A stretch of 56,575 bases of DNA, filler included, from Dugesia japonica (GCA_001938525.1; 5 parts of 5 records of this genome joined end to end with filler, not necessarily neighbours in it), one strand, 5' to 3'; positions 41,029-51,892 are shown, numbered from the whole stretch's first letter. The notes: generated by a model from the letters alone, not told the origin. Translations and numbers: made by a program.

Positions 41029-41467
41029 TCTTTTCTAATAGTGAATTATAAAGTGTTAACATTTCAGATATAATATCATCAAACTCACTTCGTTCGTTCA
41101 TCTTATATAAAAAATAAATACATAATACACCACATATTTTAGTTCCAAAATGTTGAACTTGAATTTCATTATATTTCGTGACAAACTTTTCAATTTTATC
41201 TAAAGGTTTTAAACCAAAAGAGTCAAAGTAAAATCCGTTAGTGTAACATGTCCAATGTATTCCATTTTGATTTGAATTTTGATAATTAAAAATATAATTC
41301 GTATTATTTACACTGAGCGCTTGCGCCCAATTTAAGTTTAAAATCTCATCTTTCATATATATTTCTAAATCCATTTCTAAAAAGTTAGCAATTGAATATA
41401 AATCAAAATTTGTAGTTATATTAATTCCAAATGTTTTTAAAAAGTCTAATAAGTTGTAATCTGTCAT
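41021..41467 (-). CDS. adenain-like (C5) cysteine maturation protease
   Basis: NGIHWTCY...YFDSFG...QVQHFGTKICGVLCIYFL: His, Asp, Gln and Cys catalytic motifs intact. Confidence 0.9.
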   Translation of the reverse strand: MTDYNLLDFLKTFGINITTNFDLYSIANFLEMDLEIYMKDEILNLNWAQALSVNNTNYIFNYQNSNQNGIHWTCYTNGFYFDSFGLKPLDKIEKFVTKYNEIQVQHFGTKICGVLCIYFLYKMNERSEFDDIISEMLTLYNSLLEKNE

Positions 41468-41504
41468 GGCTATTTATTAAATGTTAAATGTAACACGAAA
41501 CCTT

Positions 41505-42128
41505 TTACATTCGATACTTTCGTAAATGAACTAAAATTGTAATTGTTTCTTGGTTAAAATCTACGGTTTTAAAATGTTCATCTACAACAGTAAATTTTAA
41601 TCTTGAAATGTAATAAGTATTAATTTTAGAATAAGTTGTTGTTGTTGGTCTGTCAAGAATTTTATATCCTAAACCAACTGTATTAATTGGAAATGAATAT
41701 AATAAATTTATTTGTTCAGTATTTCCTATTTCAGATTTTACATAACTACCTTTAACAATATTACAAGTTATATTTATTGTGTTAATATTTGAAATGTCAA
41801 TTTTATTTTCTGAGAAATGATCTCCTGGTTGATAAGTTTTAGGAATGTTATCATTTCACATTTTGCAGTTGCTGTATTGGCTAAAATTTCTATTTCATAT
41901 ATTTTTAATTTATCTGATATTGCTTTTACTTCATATGATCCAGGTTCTAATTTAGCTTCTTTACTATCAACAGTAAATTTATTATTTAAATTTGTTATAA
42001 TAAAAATAATATTGTAACATGAAAAAACAAATTAAACTAAGTTCATATTCTGAATCTAATTCTAAAGGATATTTTATATCTAATATTAAATCTTGTTCTT
42101 TTCCAACTACTAAGAATTGATGTGACAT
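41505..42128 (-). pseudogene. Polinton minor capsid (penton-like) protein, frameshifted
   Basis: MSHQF...YPLELDSEYELSL...LEPGSYEV...INITCNIVKGSY...LLYSF...GYKILDRP...YISRLKFTVVDE...VDFNQETITILVHLRK. Confidence 0.75.
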
Positions 42129-42279
42129 TTTCTATAAATAAACTTTAGCTTGCACAGCAAGCTTTTGTTAAACTTAAAATGTTTTGTATTAAATGTTAAC
42201 ATTTTACATTATCACAATTAAACCCCACTTCGTGGGCATGTTAATTTTTAAAATATTTAGCTTTATATTTATCATAAAT

Positions 42280-42990
42280 CTTATTAGATATTAAACCCAT
42301 CATCTTTAATTTTTACATGTCTTTTTAATTTCTTCATGTAAATTGCTATGTCCTGATTTTGTTGCTGAAATTAATAATGTTAACTTTTCAAATAAATTTA
42401 TAGGATTAAGAGCATTTATTCTAGCTTTACCTTTTGGTCTACCTTTTTTTTAGCTGTTAAAAATTTACAGTGTTCATCATCTTAAGTTACTTTTACCATT
42501 TTAGTTAAATATAATGAAATTAAATTTTTTGCATCATCATCTTTGTTTATCTTATCTCTATTTCCTAAAATTATTTCTAATAATTTTTCATTAAAGGTGT
42601 AACTTTTTCATCTATATTATAATATTTTGCATTACCCCTTTGATAAAAATATAACTCATCATCATTTCCTGGAAATTTTATTGTTAAACATTTTTTATCA
42701 TTAATAACTGTCTTATATATTTTTGGTTTTGTTAATTCTGTTAATCCATTTTCTTTAGGTTTTAAAAAAGGAAGATAAAATTGTTGTATTTCTTTTTTTC
42801 TTAATACCTCAATAATTTTTTCTTCTATTAGTTCTTCTTTTTCTATTTTTGGTTCTATTATTTCTTCTTCTATTATTGGTTTTTCTATTATTGGTTCTAT
42901 CTTTTGAGTTTGACTTTTTTCTATTGCTGAAATTATTGGTTGTTGCATAAAAGATAATTCACTTTGTATGTTTCTCGAATCAATTACATT
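42280..42990 (-). pseudogene. Polinton conserved hypothetical protein, disrupted
   Basis: ORF 42577-42948 plus downstream LNPINLFEKLTLLISATKSGHSNLHEEI, resembling the DPNELxxRLxLLxAxxxAGN motif of Polinton ORFs. Confidence 0.55.
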
Positions 42991-43047
42991 ACCACAGAAA
43001 AAATCATTATACTTTTAATTAAAGCTTTTAATTCTTGAATTCTTTCT

Positions 43048-43560
43048 TCAATTTGTTTCGTGCCCATATCTATTTCTATAAGGATTTAAATAAATACCTT
43101 CACCTTTCCATGGGTTTAAATAAATACCATTACCTTGTTTAATTATTTTAATTCCTTCTTTAAAGTTTTTTGTTACTTCTTTTAAGTAAGGATCTTCAAT
43201 TATATTCTTTAAATATTTATGAATAGCCTTTCCTTGCCATGGATTTAAATAAATACCGCTACCAGATGTGGATGTTTCTTTTGATTTATCCAACATCTCG
43301 ATTTCTTTTTGTTTTTTAATTGCTTCTTTTGAACTAGCTACAGTAGATGCAATTCCAGATGCAATTCCTGCTGTTCCACCTAATGCATCGATAACTGCAG
43401 GTATTGCAGCTAAAAATGCAAATCCACCCTNACTCCTTCGGGATCTAAGTTCATCCTTTACTTTTTTAGAAATTTAATNATTTTTACCATCTATCTTTAC
43501 AGATTTACATTTTTTAGAATTAACTATTTTTTCTAATTCTTCTTCTGTTGGGTTGCTCAT
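43048..43560 (-). pseudogene. putative virion core / membrane-penetration protein
   Basis: GGFAFLAAIPAVIDALGGTAGIASGIASTV followed by three GxGIYLNP(W/Y) repeats; two N bases lie near the frame break. Confidence 0.7.
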
Positions 43561-43563
43561 TTT

Positions 43564-46500
43564 CTATAATAAAAAATTACAAGTTAAAGTTATATTTATT
43601 AAGTCTAATCTTAAATGCCATTGATTACACAAAGAGCATTCATATTCATTTCCATGTGGCCATGTTGTTTTTTTTCCTTCACTTTTTTCAATAATTCTTT
43701 TATCATCATATCCTGTTAATCCTATCTTTTATTGTTCTACAGTTTCAATTTCATGTAAGTTAGATCTTAATGAATAATTTTTTCCATAAATTATTTTTTT
43801 AGAATCATCTAAAATTTCATCAAAATCTTTCATCAAGTGAGGACTGTTTTTCTTTAAACCTTTATTTTTAAAATCAAACTTTATTTGTCTTTTAACTTTA
43901 TCAATCCACGTAAAACCATAAGATTTTGCTTTTATAAAATTAGCTTGAATTATATCAGAATAAGTCATTTCCCAATAAACTTTCTAATTTTCCAAAATTA
44001 TCTCTTCCAATTATCTCTACAAATATTGAATCAGTGTTTTTTATAATTAATGGAAATTTACAATTAAATGTACCATCACTTGTTTCAATATCATAAACAT
44101 CTTCTACACCTTCTCTTAAAAATCTAACACTTTGCACATTATATGAAACATCTTCTATTTCTCCAAGTTCAAATTCACCTGTAATAAATAAATTNNAGCT
44201 ACAATAAAATGCTTTGGCTAAAGATATTTTATCTGGAAATGATCTATTTCTAAATTTTAATCGTTCACCCATTATCTCATTGTGTAATAAGATAGTTTTT
44301 TTAGTTAATTTGGTTGGTTTAATTTCTTTACCTTTATGATCTAACAGTGAATGATCTTCTGTTACATCTACAATTCCAAAATGAGTTCTAACTCTATAAA
44401 TCTTTTTATTTGTAGTGTGTTTTATTACTTTCTTTAATGGAACCCAATCACTTTTAGTCCAAATTTTATAATCTTCAGGATAAGAATAAAATTAACCATT
44501 ATATTTATTGTAATAGTAAGGTTTTGATATTTCTGAAATCTTTTTTATTATAACTTTATAATTTTTTAGTAGTAATGTTGGAGTGTCAGCTGTTACACTA
44601 TCACTGTAATGTATTTTATAATTATCATTTCCAAGTAATGGATCCATTTGATTATAAATAAAGTCGTACATTACTTCTTTTGCATATTCTAAAATGGTAA
44701 ATCCTATATATGGAAATTTATTATATTTTAATTTTCCTTTTATCATGTGCATTGCTGCAACATTTGCTTCATTGCTATCATTCATTGTGAAAATTTTACT
44801 AGACTTAAAATTTATTTTACTTGCGAACTTTTGATAGTCTCTGTCGCTATCTACAATTTCTATGTTGCATCTATTTCTAATATTTTCTAAGGTTTTTCCA
44901 AAAAAATGCATTCAACATTAATTTATAAATATAATCACCAAAGACATCTTTAATTCTTTTTGATTCTTTTCTTAATGTTATAATTTGTGAACATGATTTT
45001 TAAACCATGGAGATGTTGGCATTTTAATTTTCTTGTGAACATTTTTTAGTATTACACCTAGTTTTAAATATAAATTTAATGTACTTCCTAGAACTACATA
45101 ATTTTTCTTATTGAATTGATTTAGTGTTAATTGAATATTTTCCTATCCAATTTTTTTATTAAATGATTTTTGGTAATCACTTAACATGTCTTCTGTGATA
45201 TTTATTCTTTCAGGTGCTAATGGATAATATTTAGTTTTATTATGAATTTCTCTTGGATAATCAAGATCAACTTCATAAACAAAACTAATTTTATCATTTG
45301 ACATTTCATATGTCAACTCATTGCACTTGTTTAATTCACATGTGGTTAGTGGTCTAGTCATACAACTAGAATATAAACTATTTTTGTCAATATATTTTAT
45401 AAATGTTTCTTCTAATAAATCATCAAGATAATCATCTAGAATGAAATCATGTGTCTTCATCATTTTTATTAAATCTTCAAACTCTGCTTTATTTAATTGT
45501 TTAGTATATGGATCTCGTAATTTATTACAACTAAAAACTTGACGTTCGCCACAAACACCAGAATATCCACCTCTAATTCCTGATTCAATCATTAAGAAAA
45601 TGTCAAATGTTTTAGATTTAGCATATTTTAAATTAACATTTGCATTTAACATTCCTGTATCCCATGCATATCCTAGTGCTGAATATGAATAACACAGATC
45701 TAATTTAATAATATTATTTAAACACGAATCTCTATAGTTTTCTAAAAAGTCAGTTAGAATTAATACATCTAACTTTATATAGTGTAACATGTAACACCAC
45801 ATATTATCATATCCGCAAAAGTCATTCAGAAATATTTGATAATCTTCATCAGATATTTTGTTTTGATTTTATGTGTTAAAGAAATCTTCTTTTGTTGGTA
45901 TTCTGTTAGATTTAAATAATTCTTCAACTTCTGTTATACTGTCACCTTTCACATATTCATATGGGAAACTTACTTTTTTCAGTCTTAAATTAAATGAATT
46001 TAAAATTGGATAATTATTAGCTTGTGTTAGTAATTTTCCCATTACTTCAACTGTTGTAAATGGAAGTAATCTTGCCGAATCAAGAAATCTAATATTTCTA
46101 AATTGAAAAGAAATATAATTATCTGATGAATGTAGAATTATCCTTTTTACATTTCCTGGAAAGTTTATTATTGGTTTTCTAAAAAATAAATGGTTATTAT
46201 AACCTGATGCGTTATGAAAATAAAATGGTATAAATAAATTCTTTATACTTTTATCATTTATGTTACATTTATTAAATGAATATCCTCTAAATTCACCATT
46301 AAAATGATTATGATCTTTAACTGGCTCCACTATTTTTTTCACAATATCTACATTTTGTGTTAGGTGTAAAATCTGGAACTTCACTTGTAATTTCTAATAT
46401 TAATTTATTATCTTTTATATCTTGTAATTTATTATTAGTTTCTTCTAAAAATTTAAAAAATTCATCATAAATATTTTCTCCTGCAAATTCATAATATTTG

Positions 46501-47291
46501 CTTTCTAATAAATCTTGATAATCTGATTTTAAATAAACACCTAAAGATAAAGCTTTTTGCTTTTTAGTTAGAATGTTTGTGTATGCTTCAAAATCTCCAA
46601 TTAATACAAATGGAATTTTATTTTTCTGGTAAAATTTATTAAAATAATAATAATCATTATGTTGAAAAACAATGTTGTTTGGTTTATGGTTAATACACAT
46701 TTCTTGATGTTTTTTTAAAACTTCTATATTTGAATAACAGTTCATACAGCGCAAGCATGGATAATTTGTATTAGTATTTTTTACAAAGAATACAGTTACA
46801 TCTCTACATAAAAAGTAATGATTTTTATACACTAATAAGTTACATTTATTTTCTTCAGGATTTGGTTTTATTATATAATGTGAAATGTATAATGGTTACA
46901 GTTTTTTATTATCATTTACTGAAAATACATTTATTTGAAAATTATTTAATTTCTCAAATTTAGTTATATCATCAATGTTCATAGGAAAATTAAATCCATC
47001 ATATTTTAAATCTGTTAAATGTGGAATGTAATTACTTAAATATGTTGGATTATCAAAGAAATACTTGTGAGCTAAGATTGAATATAGAAAAAATTTGTCA
47101 TCTTTATTTTCTATATTAATAACTCCATGTTTTTTAAAAGGAAGTTTACAATATGTTGCTCCAACTAATGATTTATATTTAGAAAGATCTAATTTAAAAT
47201 CAATTATATGAGGCATCGTCCATCCTGAACCTTTCCTAAAGAAATGAAACTTCCATTTAAATTTCTTTGTATATTTCTTGATGAATCCCAT
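43564..47291 (-). pseudogene. protein-primed family B DNA polymerase (pPolB), multiple stops/frameshifts, intein-containing
   Basis: GSGW..INIENKDDKFFLYSILAH; GDFEA; VKDH..G.FRG..NKCN; FHNASGY; FLDS; IRGG; YIDKNSLY (motif A); KLMLNAFFGKTLEN (motif B); YSD|intein|TDS (motif C); KAKSY; KNKG; YDDKR..TWPHG. Confidence 0.95.
44036..44599 (-). mobile_element. mini-intein (Hint domain, no evident homing endonuclease) in pPolB motif C
   Basis: In-frame 188 codons: block A SVTADTPTLL; IWTKSDWVPLKKVIKH; block B IYRVRTHFGIVDVTEDHSLL; block F VYDIETSDGTF; block G IIKN then +1 Thr. One TAA at 44492-44494 and an nn at 44195-44196. Confidence 0.93.
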
Positions 47292-47405
47292 GATCTAGTT
47301 TTATATTCAATGTTCCATTTTTTAAATAATTTTTTACAGTTTTTTCATTTACATTATAAACTTTACAAAACTTATGTATAGAGTTATTTTTAAAATTATA
47401 GTCAT

Positions 47406-48017
47406 CTAACATTTTATATAAAACTGTGTCCATTTATTTATGATTTTTTTAGCATAAGCTCTATCTACTCCAGTAATTTCTTTTAGAGACGCGATTCGTT
47501 TTAATACATTAAATGAAAGCTTGTCTGTATTTAAATTTTTAACTAAAGTATTAAAACGTTTTGCGGTTAAATTTACTCTTTTATTTTTATCACTCGAATG
47601 AATTACTATAGTAATATCATCAATTATTTTTGGTTTCAATTCTTGTTTAAATTGCGATAAAACATTATTGAGTTCACCTCTCTCTTTTTGGTGGGCATCA
47701 CGGATTTCATTAATAGCTTTTAAATAAGCTTTATTCTCAGTAATAAATGAGTCAAGCAAAAAGGCACGACTTTCACTTTCTACACATTTTGAAATAATAA
47801 AAGTCATTATCCCTTTATATAAATTTTTATTATCTTCTTCTAGATTTAATTCTTCTAATGTTTCATATATTCCATGAAGAATATCTAAATGATGTTTTAC
47901 ACAATCATGTGAAAGTTCATAATCTAAATAACCTTTTATTTCATCTAAATTTGACTCATCAAATTTTTCAAATTTCTTTATTGAATTTACTAATGTACAT
48001 AAATTTAACTCACACAA
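47406..48017 (-). CDS. Polinton hypothetical ORF upstream of pPolB (possibly its N-terminal/terminal-protein part)
   Basis: 203 open codons co-oriented and adjacent to pPolB; start uncertain. Confidence 0.5.
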   Translation of the reverse strand: MCELNLCTLVNSIKKFEKFDESNLDEIKGYLDYELSHDCVKHHLDILHGIYETLEELNLEEDNKNLYKGIMTFIISKCVESESRAFLLDSFITENKAYLKAINEIRDAHQKERGELNNVLSQFKQELKPKIIDDITIVIHSSDKNKRVNLTAKRFNTLVKNLNTDKLSFNVLKRIASLKEITGVDRAYAKKIINKWTQFYIKC

Positions 48018-48367
48018 AACTTTTTTCTCTAGAACAACTTTTCTTGTTGTTATTATAGTTGTTATTATAGTTGGGGGATACTAGCGCACGGACCCACTTT
48101 TTTAAGCAATTATCGAGGGGACCCCCCGGGGAAGGCTAAGAAACACATTACGCTTGAGCTGCGTTTTTTAATTATAATTTTTGGGTTGGTTTTTTTTTCT
48201 AAGATTTTTGGGATCAAAAAGTTTTTGATCATATCAAATTTTTTTTTGATCAGATCAGTTTTTTTGATCCTGATAGTTTGTGTGTGTATTTTTAATATTA
48301 AAATTTGTGTGTGTTTGGGTTGTTAAGGTGGTTTTTAAAAAGTAGGTCAAGTTGAGTTTGTGTGTGT

Positions 48368-48467
48368 NNNNNNNNNNNNNNNNNNNNNNNNNNNNNNNNN
48401 NNNNNNNNNNNTTAATTAATTAANNNNNNNNNNNNNNNNNNNNNNNNNNNNNNNNNNNNNNNNNNNN
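48368..48467. other. artificial assembly spacer
   Basis: 44N-TTAATTAATTAA-44N. Confidence 0.93.
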
Positions 48468-48644
48468 AAACACAAATACCAGTAACAATATCAGTAAGTT
48501 ATATAAAATTTGTTGCAATGTATTTATTATACATAATATCTTTATTATAAATCAACATTAATTAAAATAATTTTGTTTAAATATTCTAAAAAGTAAGCCC
48601 TTTTTAAAATTAATCTAGATGTATATAAAATAAATATTAAGAAT

Positions 48645-49055
48645 ATGCCTAAATCTCATATCACGAATCAATATACAAACACCGAAAGGACGGACATGCA
48701 TTTTATGTATGGGTAAGAGAATTGGAATTCATTAAAGGCTAAGCAGTTGTACGACCAACGATTTCCAAAACGTCATGTTCCTGATAGGAAAACTTTTGAA
48801 AGAATTCATCGCCATCTTCACGAAACAGGCACGTTTAAACACAATTGTGCTCCAGGAAGACCAAAACCAGGAAGAATATTAGCAATTAAAGAAGATGTGT
48901 ATGATATGGTAGAGGAAGATCCCCATACTTCAACGAGAATAATAGCAGACGCATTGAATGTAAAAATTTTGAGGCAATTAAAGCTTTTCCCATACCACAT
49001 TCAACGCGTTCAAGCACTTCTTAACAGAGATTTTTCTACACGAATCGCATTTTAG
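48645..49055 (+). mobile_element. Tc1/mariner-family transposase N-terminal HTH remnant (DUF4817-like)
   Basis: YTNTERTDMHFMYG*...LYDQRFPKRHVPDRKTFERIHRHLHETGTF...VEEDPHTSTRIIA...FPYHIQRVQAL. Confidence 0.8.
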
Positions 49056-49438
49056 ATATTTGTGTTAACATAAGAATGCTACAAATGTGTTAGAATTGGG
49101 ATGATGAAAATTTCAAGTAAGTATCCAGACAATTAGAACAAATCAGTTTATTTCATTATAAAATAATAAAGAAAAATTAAATTTCTGTAAAAAAAATGAT
49201 TTTGTATATTTTAGAATATTAAATACATATTCATGAAGAAGACAATAGTCGGAAATTTGAATATTTATAAAACAACAATTTAATTTAATTGAAGCTATTA
49301 TTATTTCAATGAAATTAAATATCAAATTTTTCAATATAGGATTTATAAGTGTTGAATTTTTAAATATTAAAAATACTTTTTCGTTTCTTATAATAAAAAT
49401 AATTAAAAATTCTATGCCAAGACTTAAATTTTCAAATA

Positions 49439-49811
49439 CACCGACCCTCGTATAACACTGGAGTTATAATCACGTTATGCGATACTAAGTTCCAATACAC
49501 ATAGATGAGTTAGGATCCAAATAATTTTTATTTAAGAAAATAAATTTAAACATTACAAACATAAAGAATTTTTTTATTAATTCAATAAAATCAATTTAGT
49601 AAACAAAAATTATTAAAACAGATAAGATAAAAAAAATTGAGAAAAATAAATAATATTTTTTCAAATTTAATATGTAATTTAAAAAGTACACTGAATAATT
49701 GAAAAAATATTGAATTTTTAACTTTGTCTTAATGTTACTTTCGCAGTGAAAAAATTGAGTTATACCAGGTTTTAGCGAAATTTATTATTCGCGTTATACG
49801 AGGGTTAAGTG
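49439..49811. mobile_element. MITE with TA TSD
   Basis: ta-caccgaccctcgtataac ... gttatacgagggttaagtg-ta inverted termini. Confidence 0.7.
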
Positions 49812-50473
49812 TATTATGAACTGAAATTTGTTTTAAAGTTTAAATTTTCATGCAATATTTTATATTAAGAGATAAAATAAAAATATTTAAAATCATAAAA
49901 ATTCATTTGAATTTTGAATTATTCGACTTATTTAATCTGTTTGTAAATTATTATTAACCAATTTTCTGTAGATATAAAATACTCGTAAATGCTTAATGGT
50001 GAACGTCAGTTCTACAATTTTTATAATCTCTTATTATGGTCGAACTTGAATAAACGACAATAAGACCCAGTATGCAGTAGTGACGAATTATCGCAGTTCG
50101 ACTATAATAAACTAGAAATGCAATACATTTAATATATAATAAACATTTTAACAAATATTTTTCCATATCGATTTATAACTTTGTTGTTCTTGTTACAATA
50201 GCTCTTAAATTTAAGTGATTTAATCATAGCACAACGCAACAAATGCAACGAAAAACAAATGAATTGTATATGGATAAATGAAAAATCTCAAGGAAATTTT
50301 AATACGAAAATCTAATCATCGCAAAGTTAAAATTTAGATTCTATATGTAAATATAAAAACATGAGATCAAATTATACTGTTAAACTATTTCAAAATTGTG
50401 AATTATTAGCATCAATTACTTCGAATTTCGGCGCTAATTTAGTAAGCATACTCAATAATATTTCATTAATTAC

Positions 50474-50696
50474 CTAAATTACGTAATTCTTGAATTCGAC
50501 GACTTAATAATGCGAGATCCAATGTTTTCTCAATTTCCGAATCTTGTGACGCGATTTTTACATCGGAAGAAGGAGTGAATTTTTCAAATTGAAATGATTT
50601 TGCTATTGATTTTATATATTCATCACTTTTGATTTCAATGTTGAATAATCTCGCCCGTAATTTCGTTGCATATTTGACGAAATCCAAATGATTTGA
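50474..50696 (-). CDS. UBA1: ubiquitin-activating enzyme E1 (UBA1-like) exon
   Basis: ag|SNHLDFVKYATKLRARLFNI...FEKFTPSSDVKIASQDSE...LG|gt; continues in phase from the 55936-56205 exon. Confidence 0.8.
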
Positions 50697-50764
50697 CTAA
50701 AAAACACAAACCATTCATAATTTAGATAAATAACCAATAAAAATTAAACAAATATATAATTTAT

Positions 50765-51145
50765 TGCGATTATACTCAATATAAGACGGCTATAATTCTT
50801 TATTTTTAAAATAAAATTCTTAATTTATTTAAATTTTTAACGACTTTTCAATAAAATTAATTTATATAATAATATTTTATTAATGTTACCTATAAAATCA
50901 AAGATGTTTTACCAACATATTTAAAATTTTGATTTTTTTTAAATAAAATTAAAATAAAATGAAATAAAAAAAATAAAAATTAAAAAATTTAAATATGTTG
51001 GGAAAACATCTTCGATTTTATAGATAACAGTAATAAAATATTATTATATAAATAAATTTTATTGAAAAGTCGTTAAAAATTAAAAATTAAGAATTTTATT
51101 TTAAAATTTAAGAATTATAGCCGTCTTATATTCAGTATAATCGCA
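50765..51145. repeat. ~380-bp foldback inverted repeat (MITE-like)
   Basis: tgcgattatactcaatataagacggctataattctt... mirrored by ...aagaattatagccgtcttatattcagtataatcgca; arms ~175 bp with short A-rich spacer. Confidence 0.88.
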
Positions 51146-51699
51146 TTAATATTTGTTTGAATAATACAGACTGAATAAAATATAATTTGTCATTTAGTAT
51201 AAAATGTCTTAAAACGTATAATAAAGTAAACTTATTCATCTATTGTTTACAAAAAAACCAAAATCAATATACCAATGTAGATTCCAATGTTATAGAATTA
51301 TTATTTCAGTTTTCAATGGATGTTTTTAGTAGATCGATTGAATACGAAATTTAGATCTAATATTTGTTAGATTCAAGTAAATAATAAAAATACCACGCAT
51401 TTACAAATAATTATTTTATGAAAAGTGTATATGAATAACCTTTACATATCTACACAAAATATGCATAAGTTCATCTTAGATTTGACTTTAGAAATATCAT
51501 TAATATAAAATCACAAATTTCAAAGTATTATATTATATTGTATTATGTGTGTGTATTATATATATATATATATATATAGTATATATATATAGTATTATAT
51601 GTTAAATATGTATTTATTGGATTCATCGAAATAAAATAAGAAGTTCATTTGAACACAAAGTAACAAATATATTCAAGTTATTATTTTTTTTGGAAATCA

Positions 51700-51892
51700 T
51701 TTAAAATAAAAGCTTCGATCAAAATTTTGGTTTTTGATAACAATTCGATATTTCGACTTTGTCTTCGTCAGGAATTGACTTTTAATGAACTTTTAAAAAG
51801 TCAATTGCTGACGAAGACAAAGTCGAAATATCGAATAGTTATCAAAAACCAAAAAAACAAAATTTTGATCGAGGCTTTTATTTTCAATGAAT
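51700..51892. mobile_element. inverted pair of Penelope-type pLTR fragments
   Basis: aaaataaaagcttcgatcaaaattttg...gtcaggaattgactttt mirrored on the right; same family at 13365, 22642, 23973 and 31655. Confidence 0.75.
51741..51777 (-). ncRNA. minimal type I hammerhead ribozyme
   Basis: Minus strand CAATTC-CTGACGA-A-GAC AAA GTC-GAAA-TAT-C-GAATTG: perfect 6-bp stem I, core boxes, 3-bp stem II, palindromic ATAT stem III. Confidence 0.72.

Larger units (their letters stand above)
37794..48367 (-). mobile_element. decayed Polinton/Maverick (adintovirus-like endogenous virus), partial
   Basis: Dense intronless, co-oriented ORFs: pPolB, core-like protein, minor capsid, adenain-like protease and others. 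Integrase, ATPase and major capsid not seen in this piece. Confidence 0.93.

Noticed and set aside
44036-44599. Hedgehog/Hog-type Hint domain or a spliceosomal intron as the explanation of the pPolB insert
   Set aside because: It sits inside the polymerase active-site motif, ends in Asn followed by +1 Thr as true inteins do, and lacks GT-AG boundaries.
27080-48367. UAP1 or UBA1 as cargo or functional partners of the Polinton
   Set aside because: They are intron-containing host genes on separate pieces joined by artificial spacers.
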